64,000 nucleotides of DNA from Candidatus Cloacimonadales bacterium (GTDB lineage: Bacteria; Cloacimonadota; Cloacimonadia; Cloacimonadales; JAFGVF01): NCBI GenBank assembly GCA_963663475.2, contig CAXXJV010000001.1, positions 388,279 through 452,278 on the forward strand, given 5' to 3'. The translations under genes and the position numbers were made by a program. The notes under the pieces were generated by a model. That model was not told the DNA's origin. It saw only the letters and a list, made by a program, of their open reading frames with translations, and made no database searches. This document shows positions 37,826-47,597 of this stretch, piece by piece. The stretch's first letter is position 1. The number at the start of each line of letters is the position of its first letter.

Positions 37826-38827
37826 TTACTCTAATTCTTCTAACTCATCAATTAGGTTATCTAACTCTGACTGTTTTTTCAATTCAGCTTCTCTTAATGC
37901 TCTAATTTGTTCTAAGATACTAGAACCAGTACCTTGGTTTGTATTAGTTTCAAGGTTCTGTCTTTGGGTTCTAACTCTTTCAGGATTTGCTTCAAAAACA
38001 CCTTGTTTAGTAGCTTTAGAGTCTGCCCAACGTGTAATTCTGTATTGGATATTGAAAGCCATTTTTAGGTTGTCTTGATTTTCCTTAATAAACTCTTCAA
38101 TTTCAATAATAGAGTATTGAAGGGCTAGGTTATTCCAGTTATATTTAGCACCGAAGTTAATGGCATGACCACTTTGTTCAGCGAAAACACTGAAATTGTT
38201 CTTAGGGAAAAGAGCAGTTGGATAGTATTCAAAAGTTCCAAAGAGTCCGTTAAAGTCTTGAGCAAGATCTCTTTGTCCTACGAAACGATTAGTTCCGAGT
38301 CCAACGGTAACATATAGTTGCATATCTCCTAAAATGTTAACATCTCTAAGAGCCCATGATTTAGTTGCAGCAACGTAGAAAGAGTTCTTTTCATAAGTAG
38401 TTGCTTGTGGGATATCTGCCCAATCTTCAAAGTCTTCGTCTTCATAATCAACAGCGTCAGTACCAACTTTTGAGAAGAGGTTATCGACACCTAGGGTAAT
38501 ACCTGGGTATTCAAAAGTTTCTTGAACTAATTGATATTTGAAGTTAGCATAAAAAACTTCATCTCCTGTATATACAAAACCTAATTCTGCTCTATCGAAA
38601 AGTCCGTATTTAGCTTGAATAACGTAATTGTATTCATAATCAGCAGGGTCAGTAGATCCTTGTTCTAAACCGTCTCTTAAATATGATGCAAAATTGACTG
38701 AGATTTGATTTGCAGGCATAACAAAACCGTCAGGCACATCAATATTGCCTAGGGTTCCAAATGGAACAGCTACAAGAGCATTAATACAAAGTAAAACACT
38801 CATAATAAGTAAAATTTTTTCTCTCAT
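37826..38827 (-). CDS. Putative outer-membrane beta-barrel protein with a C-terminal coiled-coil tail
   Basis: Signal peptide, alternating beta-strand pattern with aromatic girdles, and a C-terminal EQIRALREAELKKQSELDNLIDELEELE. ATG 38827 with an AAGGAG SD is preferred over GTG 38830. Confidence 0.5.
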   Translation of the reverse strand: MREKILLIMSVLLCINALVAVPFGTLGNIDVPDGFVMPANQISVNFASYLRDGLEQGSTDPADYEYNYVIQAKYGLFDRAELGFVYTGDEVFYANFKYQLVQETFEYPGITLGVDNLFSKVGTDAVDYEDEDFEDWADIPQATTYEKNSFYVAATKSWALRDVNILGDMQLYVTVGLGTNRFVGQRDLAQDFNGLFGTFEYYPTALFPKNNFSVFAEQSGHAINFGAKYNWNNLALQYSIIEIEEFIKENQDNLKMAFNIQYRITRWADSKATKQGVFEANPERVRTQRQNLETNTNQGTGSSILEQIRALREAELKKQSELDNLIDELEELE

Positions 38828-38957
38828 CACAATTTCTCCTTTATGTACACTTAATCGTTAATAATCAAGTTTTTTTGAATTTTCTTTTTTTAGTCATTTT
38901 CACTCATCTCTAATTAAATGAATTGACAAAATAGAGTCAAGCTTTTTTTTTCATTTT

Positions 38958-39350
38958 ATGAATAAATCTAACAAGAACAAAATATTTGGTAAATTAGGTG
39001 AAAGTTTAGCAAGTAGTTATTTAGCAAAAAATGGCTTTGTAATAGTAGAGAAGAACTTTCGTTGTTTTTCTGGCGAGATAGATATTATTGCACAAAAAGA
39101 AGATTTATTAATAATTGTTGAGGTCAAATCTAGAAAAAATATTGATAGTGATGAGACCATGCTATCTATTACAAAGTCTAAGCAAAGAAAAATAAGCCGA
39201 GCTACTGCTGATTTCATAGATAAGAACCAGCAGTATTCGGACAATTTTATCAGGTTTGATATAATAACAGTTATCAAGCATCCTTACTTGGATGAGTATT
39301 CAATCAATCATTATGAAGATGCTTTCTCTTATATTGCAGATGAAAGGTAA
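38958..39350 (+). CDS. yraN: YraN-family (UPF0102) endonuclease-like protein
   Basis: 130 aa with YLAKNGFVIVEKNFRCFSGEIDIIAQKEDLLIIVEVKSR, the family core. Confidence 0.85.
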   Translation: MNKSNKNKIFGKLGESLASSYLAKNGFVIVEKNFRCFSGEIDIIAQKEDLLIIVEVKSRKNIDSDETMLSITKSKQRKISRATADFIDKNQQYSDNFIRFDIITVIKHPYLDEYSINHYEDAFSYIADER

Positions 39351-39447
39351 GCAGGAATCCATAATTATTCTTGGTAAAAACACAGAATTATGAATGATTT
39401 ATTTTTTCCTATCTTAAAAAATCTTCATCCAGCAGTGTGTAATTCTT

Positions 39448-40836
39448 TTATTTAAGTCTTTCTACATCAAAATCTTGACCGAGGTAGAATTTATAATCTG
39501 CAGAGACATTAATATCGTTATCATTATAAACATATATTAACTTATGCCCGTTGTTCATATTTACATCAAAGAAGGTGTAGCTAGCTAATTTTTTTGTAGC
39601 ATATCTCCAGATTTCGTATTCCTTATCATTGAAAACAGCTCTTCTTTCCAATAGAGCGTCAGCATCATACTTATCAGTTGCATCTAACTCGCCAACCATA
39701 AATTTTTCAATATCATCAGGAGGACCGTACAAGATATAAATTTTGCCTCTATCAGAAGCCCAGCCTGGTTTATGATGGGAGAATTTTTGATTTGAGTAAT
39801 CAATTCTTTCTTTTAGGGTAGAGATAAGCATTTCAGGGGTGATAGCCTGGGAATTAGCATATCTTTCCCAGAATTTATTTATTTCTTGTCTTTTCCTAGA
39901 GGAAGTGAAGGCATCCCAAGAACTTTGAGTATTAGAATAGCCAAAATATCTCATAAGCTTAAATTCATCATCGCGATTATCAAATATGTAATAAGTTTCA
40001 CCAGGGTAATCTGAGATTGAGAAATCAGTATAAGTCCTATTGTTTTCAACTTGGTTAAGTGATTTTACGGTAACATAATAGATGCCTTTAGGTAACTTTT
40101 GAATGTTAATAGCTTGGGTAATGTTAGCTGTTTCTGAATTACTTAATCCACTTTTCTGCATAAAATCGACTTGCTGATCAAAAGAATCTTTTACTTCAAT
40201 TATGTAGTCATATTTCCACTGAGATTTGGAGTGTCTTGTTAGACCTTGTAATTGAAAGTAGGCATAAAGACTATCAATAGTCTCTTTATAAAATATTCTT
40301 GAAGGGTTGGATTTATAAAGTTTTTTACCTCTATACATATATTTAAACTTATCATTAACTTGTGTGCTGACATAGTCATTTAGTTCAACATCACTAATAT
40401 AGCGGTCATTAATTAGCTTAAGGTCTTTTTGGAAGATATAGGTATCTTTACTTACCATATCAATAAATTTCATTTCCAAGGTATTGCCCGAGCTGGGGTA
40501 ATCAAAGCTATATCTATCGATATGTTCACGAGTTTTGGATTCAATATCTTTTAGATCAGAGACAATAATTTGTTCAGCAAAAGCCTCCTGGTGGAGTATT
40601 TTATTACTATTGTATATTTTAACTTCAATTCTTAACCCTGCAATAGCTCCACTCTTATCTTCGTTAATTTTAAAAGTAAGGTCTTGATATTTCACAGAAT
40701 AGTTAACATCAATAATGGTGCGTTGATTTGCATCAAAAAAGTTAAGACCTTCAACACTAATATTCAAGTTCTTTGCCCAAGACATTGCTATCATTGATAA
40801 TAGCACTAATAAAATGAATGTTTTTTTAGAAATCAT
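39448..40836 (-). CDS. GWxTD-domain protein (paralog B)
   Basis: C-terminal HKPGWASDRGKIYILYGPPDDIE. Signal peptide from MISKKTFILLVLL. I place the start at ATG 40836 rather than 40887. Confidence 0.75.
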   Translation of the reverse strand: MISKKTFILLVLLSMIAMSWAKNLNISVEGLNFFDANQRTIIDVNYSVKYQDLTFKINEDKSGAIAGLRIEVKIYNSNKILHQEAFAEQIIVSDLKDIESKTREHIDRYSFDYPSSGNTLEMKFIDMVSKDTYIFQKDLKLINDRYISDVELNDYVSTQVNDKFKYMYRGKKLYKSNPSRIFYKETIDSLYAYFQLQGLTRHSKSQWKYDYIIEVKDSFDQQVDFMQKSGLSNSETANITQAINIQKLPKGIYYVTVKSLNQVENNRTYTDFSISDYPGETYYIFDNRDDEFKLMRYFGYSNTQSSWDAFTSSRKRQEINKFWERYANSQAITPEMLISTLKERIDYSNQKFSHHKPGWASDRGKIYILYGPPDDIEKFMVGELDATDKYDADALLERRAVFNDKEYEIWRYATKKLASYTFFDVNMNNGHKLIYVYNDNDINVSADYKFYLGQDFDVERLK

Positions 40837-41935
40837 ACTCTTCTTCTTTGTTGTATAGTTTGTAGTCTTCGATTCTAGATCGATCATAAAAAATGAAAGT
40901 TTTATTTAACCGATAATAGTGCCAGGTTTGCGTTGGATATCTCCCTACAGGATTATTATCAACACTTATTTCATCAGGTTCACCAAACTTTATATAAATC
41001 CTACCACGATCAGTTTGCCAACCTTGCTTATAACGGTGAACTGAGAACTTTCTGTCTGCCTGTAAAATCCTATTATAGAAAAGATCTTGCAAACTAGAAT
41101 TCTGAGATTCTTTAGGATTGTTAGAAGCCCAAAATTGCAATACTTTCTCAGAATCGGTCCAATTCTTATTACGATTAATTTCCTTCCAAGTTTTATCATT
41201 AACAATATATTTTATTTGACTGAGTTGGTCTTCCCAGCTGTATTTCTTCTGAAAACTATTAAGATATTTTTCCAGTTTAAGTTCTGATTGATATAGGTCA
41301 TTAGCCAGTTTAAACTCAATATAATTGTTAGTAAAATCTTCTATAAGGTAGTCAGCTTTAAGTTTTGTTAAGAGTTCCTTACTTGTAGGAAGTTCACTTA
41401 CCTTTCTGTTATTTTTAGATTCACTAACAAATTTTAATGTCTGAGTTTCAGTTTCATACAACTGGTAGAGATAGATATTATTGGAAGTTTCAATATCTTC
41501 CCAAGAAAGGACTTCCATATAGATATTTTCCATTTTTTTCACTAAGTACAAAGCTGAAAAGTGTTGATTTTTTTCTACAAAAAACTCAAATTTTTCTTCT
41601 TTTTTATCATTTCTTAGCTTGTTGTTTAATTTTAGAAAAGCTGTATATTGGCCAGGTTCTACTTGTGTTTTCAAGAAGAATATCAAACGTTGGTTATTCT
41701 CAAGTTTATCAGACTTTAATTCAATATCTTCTTTTGCTAAATAGACTGATTTATTATTCTCATCAAAGAGCTCGAAAATCATCCGATAAGCAATTTCACC
41801 TTTCTTACTAAAAAGATCATTGCTGTCTATTCTCAGAGTAAGAAGAGTCTCATCACCTACCAATTGCGGGCTAAGATCAGCTGCAAATAAGAGATTGACT
41901 AGCAAGAAAAAGATTATCATCAAAGCTACTTTCAT
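40826..41935 (-). CDS. GWxTD-domain protein (paralog A)
   Basis: C-terminal YKQGWQTDRGRIYIKFGEPDEIS and a signal peptide. Its start overlaps the dnaE stop (ATGA). Confidence 0.75.
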   Translation of the reverse strand: MKVALMIIFFLLVNLLFAADLSPQLVGDETLLTLRIDSNDLFSKKGEIAYRMIFELFDENNKSVYLAKEDIELKSDKLENNQRLIFFLKTQVEPGQYTAFLKLNNKLRNDKKEEKFEFFVEKNQHFSALYLVKKMENIYMEVLSWEDIETSNNIYLYQLYETETQTLKFVSESKNNRKVSELPTSKELLTKLKADYLIEDFTNNYIEFKLANDLYQSELKLEKYLNSFQKKYSWEDQLSQIKYIVNDKTWKEINRNKNWTDSEKVLQFWASNNPKESQNSSLQDLFYNRILQADRKFSVHRYKQGWQTDRGRIYIKFGEPDEISVDNNPVGRYPTQTWHYYRLNKTFIFYDRSRIEDYKLYNKEEEYDF

Positions 41936-44900
41936 TCAAGACTTCCTTGGATAGAGTAAGGAATATTCTTTTTACTCCAGAAATTACAAAAATCAGAACA
42001 AGGATCAACAGTAAATTCCTGAGACAAGAGGACAACATCATCCCATTCTTCAGTTTCAACAATGAACTTTAAGTAGTGTTTGCCTTTATAAGTCTTGATA
42101 ACATCTAAATAGTTACTTTTAACTATATTAGCTAGCCCTTCACGAGATATATTGATAGTAATTTCACCACCAATTTCCTGTCTAAATTCTTGATATGGCT
42201 TGATAACATTGGGATTTAACTTTAATAGAACATCATCATTGTTAAAGTTACTTTGACTGCCAATAATAGCGTAGATTTCACCTTCAATAAGTTTATCATA
42301 ATATTCATTAAATCTCTCTTTATAAAGGGTAATTTCGAATTTACCTTTGAGGTCTTCAAAACTAATAACTCCATAGTAATCTCCACTTTTGGCTTTCTTC
42401 TTGATTTTATTAGTCATAATCCCTACAATTATAGCTTTACTAGGAACTCCCATCTTTTGAGCTGGATATTGAGAATCTACATTAACTATACTTTCAATAA
42501 TAGCTCTCTTTTCTTGTAGGGGATGGCCAGAAACATAGAAACCAAGAACTTCTTTTTCTCTTCTTAATTTCTCTTTCTGATTCCATTCAGCTACTTTTTT
42601 TAGCTGAGGATAATAATCTGTTGCCTCCTCTTCATTGTCCATTAAGTCAAAAAGAGTCATCTGATCTTTACTCTTTTGGCAAGAAGTAGAATAATCTAAG
42701 GCATCAGCAATAGCTAACCATTTCTGAGCTCTATTACCTTCTAAGGAATCAGCTGCCCCTGAAGCAATCAGACTTTCAAGAGTTGTCTTATTTACTGCAC
42801 TACTATTCAACCTACTACTTAGGTCAAATAAGGATGAAAAAGGACCATCAAGTGATCTATTTTCTAGAATCTCTTTAATAGCTGCTGCCCCAACATTCTT
42901 AATACCTCTTAAGCCAAACTGAATTTTGTTACCTTTTACAGTAAACTCTTCTTCCGAATTATTTATATCTGGAGGATCTACCTCAATATTCATTTTCTTA
43001 CATTCTTCAATAAAATAAGGTATTTTAGCTGGGTCTTCTTCCAATGAAAGAATAGCAGCCATAAATTCAACAGGATAATGAGCTTTAAGATAGGCTGTTT
43101 GAAAAGATATAAAAGCATAACAAGCAGCGTGACTTTTATTAAAAGCGTAATTCGCAAATTCTAACCAGTTATCCCAAATTTTCTTTATTGTAGCCTCAGG
43201 AACTCCATTCTTAAGAGAGCCTTCCTGGAATTTGATAAACATTTCAGCCATCATATCCAATTTTTTCTTACTAATAGCCTTTCTTAAAACACCTGCTTCA
43301 GCACTGGTGAAGTTACCCATCACCTTAGAAATCTGCATGACCTGCTCTTGATAAACAGTAACTCCATAGGTTTCTTCTAATGAAGAACGGGTTAACTCGT
43401 GGTCATAAACTATATCTTCTTTGCCATGTTTTCTATTAATATAGGTATCAATAAACTGCATTGGACCAGGTCTATATAGGGCAACCATGGCAATTAAATC
43501 TTCAAATTTATTCGGCTTGAGTTTTGAAAGATATTTCTTCATTCCTGGAGATTCAAACTGAAAAACACCATCAGTTAAACCTTTAGAAAGAAGCTTGAAA
43601 GTTTCCTTATCCGTGATATCAACATTCTCAATATCTATATCAATTGCTTGAGACTCTTTTACATACTCTTTAGCTTTCTGAATTATAGTTAGAGTTTTCA
43701 AACCTAAGAAGTCCATCTTGAGAAGCTTCAAATCATCTAACCATTTTCCTTCATACTGCACTAAAACAGCATTCTCCCCTGTCTTTTGAGAAGATACTGC
43801 TAAAGGAACATAATTGCTTAAATCATCAGGACCAATCACAACCCCTGCGGCATGAATACCAGTCTGCCTTATCAAGCCTTCTAAAACTTTACTATCTCTT
43901 AAGATTCTCTTATAGGTTTCATTACTCTCCATGAGATACCTAAAATCATCAGACTCCTTCACAGCCTTATCAAGAGTCATCTTAGGATTACTAGGTATCA
44001 GCTTAGTCATTTTAGCAGCATCTTGTGGACTAACATCCATTACTCGAGCTACATCCTTGATAATTGATTTTGCTCCAAGTTTTCCAAATGTAATAATTTG
44101 AGTAACACTCTCTCGTCCATACTTTTCCACAACATAATCTATGACTTTACTTCTGCCTTTAGCACAAAAATCTATATCAATATCGGGCATTCCTACACGT
44201 TTTAAATCAAGAAATCTTTCAAAGAGAAGCCCATACCTTAATGGATCAAGCTGAGTAATATCTAGGGTATAAGCAACAATTGAACCTGCAGCTGAACCAC
44301 GACCTGGTCCAACTGGTATACCCATTTCCCTAGCCTTATCCATGAAATCTTTAACAACTAGGAAATAACCATCATACCCCATCTTATTGATAATACCTAA
44401 TTCAAAATTAATCCTTTCCTCAATTTCAGGTGTAATTTCAGGATACTTCCTTTTAGCACCTTCATAACATAAACCCCGCATATAATCAGCCATATCCTTG
44501 TATTGTTCAGGAACATCAATCTTAGGGAAAAGAAAATTATCATAGTTTAACTGAAGATCTATCATATCTGCAATCTTCTGAGTATTATCATAGGCTTCAG
44601 GCAGATTAGGAAACAAGACCCTCATCTCTGCTTCACTTTTAAAATAGAGATCCTGAGTTTCATATTTCATTCTATCAGGATCATCAAACTTTTTACCAGT
44701 CTGGATGCATAGCAAAACATCATGAGCTTCAGCATCTTCCTTATCCAGATAATGGCAATCATTAGTTACAACTAATGGAGTATCTGTCTCTTGTGCTAAT
44801 TCAATCAGCTGTGGCATCACCTTTCTTTCTAATTCAAGTCCATGATCTTGCAGTTCTAAATAAAATCTTCCTGGAAAAATATCTTTGTATTCTTGTAAGG

Positions 44901-45366
44901 CTTCTAGAGCTCCTTCATAATCTTCATCAAGTAATTTGCGAGGAACTTCCCCTTGAATACAAGCTGAAAGAGCTATTATACCTTCATTGTACTTTTGCAG
45001 GTCTGCTTTTATCATTCTAGGTTTGTAATATAGGCCCTCAGTAAAGGAATGGGATGATAGCTTAATCAAATTCTTATAACCTTGTAGGTTCATAGCAAGT
45101 AGGACTAGATGATAACGTTTTTTATGCTTGCTATCACTGTCATCATAATTGCCATTTATCACATAGGCTTCAGTACCAATTATTGGTTTAATGCCTGCAG
45201 CCTTTGCCTTGTTGTAAAATTCAATAGTCCCAAACATGTTACCATGATCTGTCATTGCTACTGCATTCATTCCTAGCTTAACAGCTTTATTAATCATTCT
45301 ATCTATTCTACATGCACCATCTAGCAAGCTATATTGCGTATGGTTGTGTAGATGTACAAAAGACAT
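41932..45366 (-). CDS. dnaE: DNA polymerase III alpha subunit
   Basis: 1144 aa with the PHP domain FVHLHNHTQYSLLDG, polymerase core and OB fold. SD GAGGGAG is upstream. Confidence 0.97.
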   Translation of the reverse strand: MSFVHLHNHTQYSLLDGACRIDRMINKAVKLGMNAVAMTDHGNMFGTIEFYNKAKAAGIKPIIGTEAYVINGNYDDSDSKHKKRYHLVLLAMNLQGYKNLIKLSSHSFTEGLYYKPRMIKADLQKYNEGIIALSACIQGEVPRKLLDEDYEGALEALQEYKDIFPGRFYLELQDHGLELERKVMPQLIELAQETDTPLVVTNDCHYLDKEDAEAHDVLLCIQTGKKFDDPDRMKYETQDLYFKSEAEMRVLFPNLPEAYDNTQKIADMIDLQLNYDNFLFPKIDVPEQYKDMADYMRGLCYEGAKRKYPEITPEIEERINFELGIINKMGYDGYFLVVKDFMDKAREMGIPVGPGRGSAAGSIVAYTLDITQLDPLRYGLLFERFLDLKRVGMPDIDIDFCAKGRSKVIDYVVEKYGRESVTQIITFGKLGAKSIIKDVARVMDVSPQDAAKMTKLIPSNPKMTLDKAVKESDDFRYLMESNETYKRILRDSKVLEGLIRQTGIHAAGVVIGPDDLSNYVPLAVSSQKTGENAVLVQYEGKWLDDLKLLKMDFLGLKTLTIIQKAKEYVKESQAIDIDIENVDITDKETFKLLSKGLTDGVFQFESPGMKKYLSKLKPNKFEDLIAMVALYRPGPMQFIDTYINRKHGKEDIVYDHELTRSSLEETYGVTVYQEQVMQISKVMGNFTSAEAGVLRKAISKKKLDMMAEMFIKFQEGSLKNGVPEATIKKIWDNWLEFANYAFNKSHAACYAFISFQTAYLKAHYPVEFMAAILSLEEDPAKIPYFIEECKKMNIEVDPPDINNSEEEFTVKGNKIQFGLRGIKNVGAAAIKEILENRSLDGPFSSLFDLSSRLNSSAVNKTTLESLIASGAADSLEGNRAQKWLAIADALDYSTSCQKSKDQMTLFDLMDNEEEATDYYPQLKKVAEWNQKEKLRREKEVLGFYVSGHPLQEKRAIIESIVNVDSQYPAQKMGVPSKAIIVGIMTNKIKKKAKSGDYYGVISFEDLKGKFEITLYKERFNEYYDKLIEGEIYAIIGSQSNFNNDDVLLKLNPNVIKPYQEFRQEIGGEITINISREGLANIVKSNYLDVIKTYKGKHYLKFIVETEEWDDVVLLSQEFTVDPCSDFCNFWSKKNIPYSIQGSLE

Positions 45367-45392
45367 AAATTCTCCCTCATCTTTTTTATATA

Positions 45393-45422
45393 ATATTAAA
45401 ATTGCTCTTGCTTTACTGTCAA
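45393..45422 (-). promoter_or_regulatory. Possible sigma70-type promoter for dnaE
   Basis: On the minus strand: TTGACA (45417-45422), an 18-nt spacer, then TAATAT (45393-45398). Confidence 0.4.
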
Positions 45423-45554
45423 TAAAATTTATCTTTTTCTCTTTTTTATAAGCTAAGCTTACTCTTAACAGGTATTTTTTAAGTATTACTTAATTTTTCT
45501 TGACAAATTATTACTGGCAGGTATTTTTTACTTATTAACTTTAAGGGAGATAAT

Positions 45555-46034
45555 ATGGAAGCAAAAATTGTTGAATTACCTAAACTCTATTTTATTGGCT
45601 TAAAAGCACAACTAACTATGAAAGAAACAGACACTATTTGCCCTGCACTCTGGAGTGATTTAATGTCTCAATCCCAAGATTTAGATGGGAATGAGGAATT
45701 AATGTGCATAGCTGCTTGCCTAGCACCAGAGAATTGTGGAGAAAACGATACCTTTACTTATATGGCTGGTTTTGCTTCTGATAAAGCTATTCCTCCTCGC
45801 CCAGGCTTTATTTCTCATGAGATTTCTGCCTGTACTTATGCTGTTTTTACCCATAAAGGTTCTGTTATGAACATGGGTGAAACTTATGATTATGCCTATA
45901 AAACATGGCTACCTAATAGTAAATACCAAGTTAAGTGGCATGAAGATTTAGAACATTATGATAGCAGATTTAACCCTGAAAATAGTGAAAAATCTGAAAT
46001 GGATATTTATATCCCAATTCAAGAAAAGAAATAA
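45555..46034 (+). CDS. GyrI-like / AraC effector-binding-domain protein
   Basis: 159 aa. The size and pattern (LYFIGLK..., YAVFTHKG, EMDIYIPI) are typical of GyrI-like small-molecule-binding domains. Confidence 0.6.
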   Translation: MEAKIVELPKLYFIGLKAQLTMKETDTICPALWSDLMSQSQDLDGNEELMCIAACLAPENCGENDTFTYMAGFASDKAIPPRPGFISHEISACTYAVFTHKGSVMNMGETYDYAYKTWLPNSKYQVKWHEDLEHYDSRFNPENSEKSEMDIYIPIQEKK

Positions 46035-46079
46035 TATTTGGATCAAATCCAATAAAATACTAGATTTTTCCAACTCCAA

Positions 46080-46159
46080 CCCCTTCATCTACTAAAAGAG
46101 AAATGTGCATTTCTTACTTAGTGGATTTAGTCCTCCTCCTCCCGAGGAGGATTAAGGGG
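46080..46159 (+). repeat. GC-rich structured element (multi-stem)
   Basis: CCCCTT...AAGGGG closing stem. It encloses the stems ATCTACTAA/TTAGTGGAT, AGAAATG/CATTTCT and TCCTCCTC/GAGGAGGA. Confidence 0.45.
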
Positions 46160-46370
46160 TGATTAAAGCTTTAACAACTAACACAGAGTTAACTTCCCTT
46201 TAAGAAGTGATGCCCATAGCAATCTATTTATTCTTATCTAGTCAAGAATGAAAAGCTAAAAATTTCCCCAAAATTATCAAATTGTCATTATGCTAATTAT
46301 GAGCATGATTTTCTCTTGACACTATTCTCCTTAATTTTAAGCTAAAGAAAATTATTAAATAGAGGTAATA

Positions 46371-47597
46371 ATGATAGAATATTTAGAATCACTAGTACCA
46401 GCAAACTCTTTTTTACCTGGATTAGTCAGAGCTTTTATTATCTTAATCTTAGCAGGTGTAATTTATCTATTTTCTAGATTAGCAATGAAGATTGTCCATA
46501 AGATTATTATAAAGAGTAAGGTAACTTGGGACGACTACATGATCAAGAGAAATGTCATTTCAAGCTTAGTTCCCATTCCTGCCCTTCTCTTTCTTTATCA
46601 ATTTACTTCTTATTTTCACTATAGTGGTAAGTTCCTAGCTAAGTTAGTGTCTTCCTTAGTTATCGTTGTAATGCTAATCTTCTTCAATAACCTGTTAACA
46701 GCTCTAAATGATATTTATAAAAGACTAGAGATCTCTCGAGGAAAATCTATCAAAGGCTTCATTCAAGTCTTCATGATAATTCTTTATATACTAGGTTTTC
46801 TAATAATCGTATCAATTTTCATAAACACTAATCCTCTTGTTTTAATTAGTGGTTTAGGAGCTATGACAGCTGTATTAATGTTAATTTTTAAAGACACTAT
46901 TCTCTCCTTTGTTGCCAGTGTGAGAATTACGACTAGTGATATTATTAAAATAGGTGATTGGTTAGAAGTACCAAAATTTGGAGCAGATGGTGATGTTGTC
47001 GACATATCACTCTATAATATCCAGATCCAGAATTGGGATAAAACTATTACTAACATACCTACCTATAAGTTAATTGATGATTCTTTTAAGAACTGGCGAG
47101 GTATGCAGGAAGCTGGTGGCCGTAGAATCATGAGAAAGATTGTCTTAGATATTTCAAGTGTTAAATTCTGTGATGACCAAATGCTTGCTAAATTCGAGAA
47201 AATTAACTATCTCAAGGATTATATTGAGCAAAAGAAAAAAGAATTAGCAGACTATAATCAGAAGCATAATATAGATGATTCTGTCCTTGTAAATGGTAGA
47301 AGAATGACTAATCTAGGTACTTTTAGAGCATATGTGGCTAACTACCTAAAACACCATCCATATGTCCATAAAGATCTGATCTTTCTAATCAGACAATTAG
47401 AAGCTGAAAAAGATGGTATCCCTCTCCAGATCTATGTCTTTGTTAATCAAACTGCCTGGGTTAAATATGAAGATATTCAGTCTGATATCTTTGACCATTT
47501 ACTAGCTGTTGTTCCTGAGTTTGGACTTAGAATCTTCCAAAACCCTTCTAGCTATAATTTTGAAAAGATAGCAGAAAATCTCATTAAGGATAAATAA
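46371..47597 (+). CDS. Mechanosensitive ion channel, MscS family (YbdG-like)
   Basis: 408 aa. TM segments plus the beta-domain IKIGDWLEVPKFGADGDVVDISLYNIQIQNWDKTITNIPTYKL. Confidence 0.85.
   Translation: MIEYLESLVPANSFLPGLVRAFIILILAGVIYLFSRLAMKIVHKIIIKSKVTWDDYMIKRNVISSLVPIPALLFLYQFTSYFHYSGKFLAKLVSSLVIVVMLIFFNNLLTALNDIYKRLEISRGKSIKGFIQVFMIILYILGFLIIVSIFINTNPLVLISGLGAMTAVLMLIFKDTILSFVASVRITTSDIIKIGDWLEVPKFGADGDVVDISLYNIQIQNWDKTITNIPTYKLIDDSFKNWRGMQEAGGRRIMRKIVLDISSVKFCDDQMLAKFEKINYLKDYIEQKKKELADYNQKHNIDDSVLVNGRRMTNLGTFRAYVANYLKHHPYVHKDLIFLIRQLEAEKDGIPLQIYVFVNQTAWVKYEDIQSDIFDHLLAVVPEFGLRIFQNPSSYNFEKIAENLIKDK

Noticed and set aside
40837-40887. A 62-nt overlap between the two GWxTD genes implied by the ORF track.
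   Set aside because: The extension adds MIDLESKTTNYTTKKKS before a clear signal peptide that begins at an internal ATG (40836). The real overlap is probably 11 nt.
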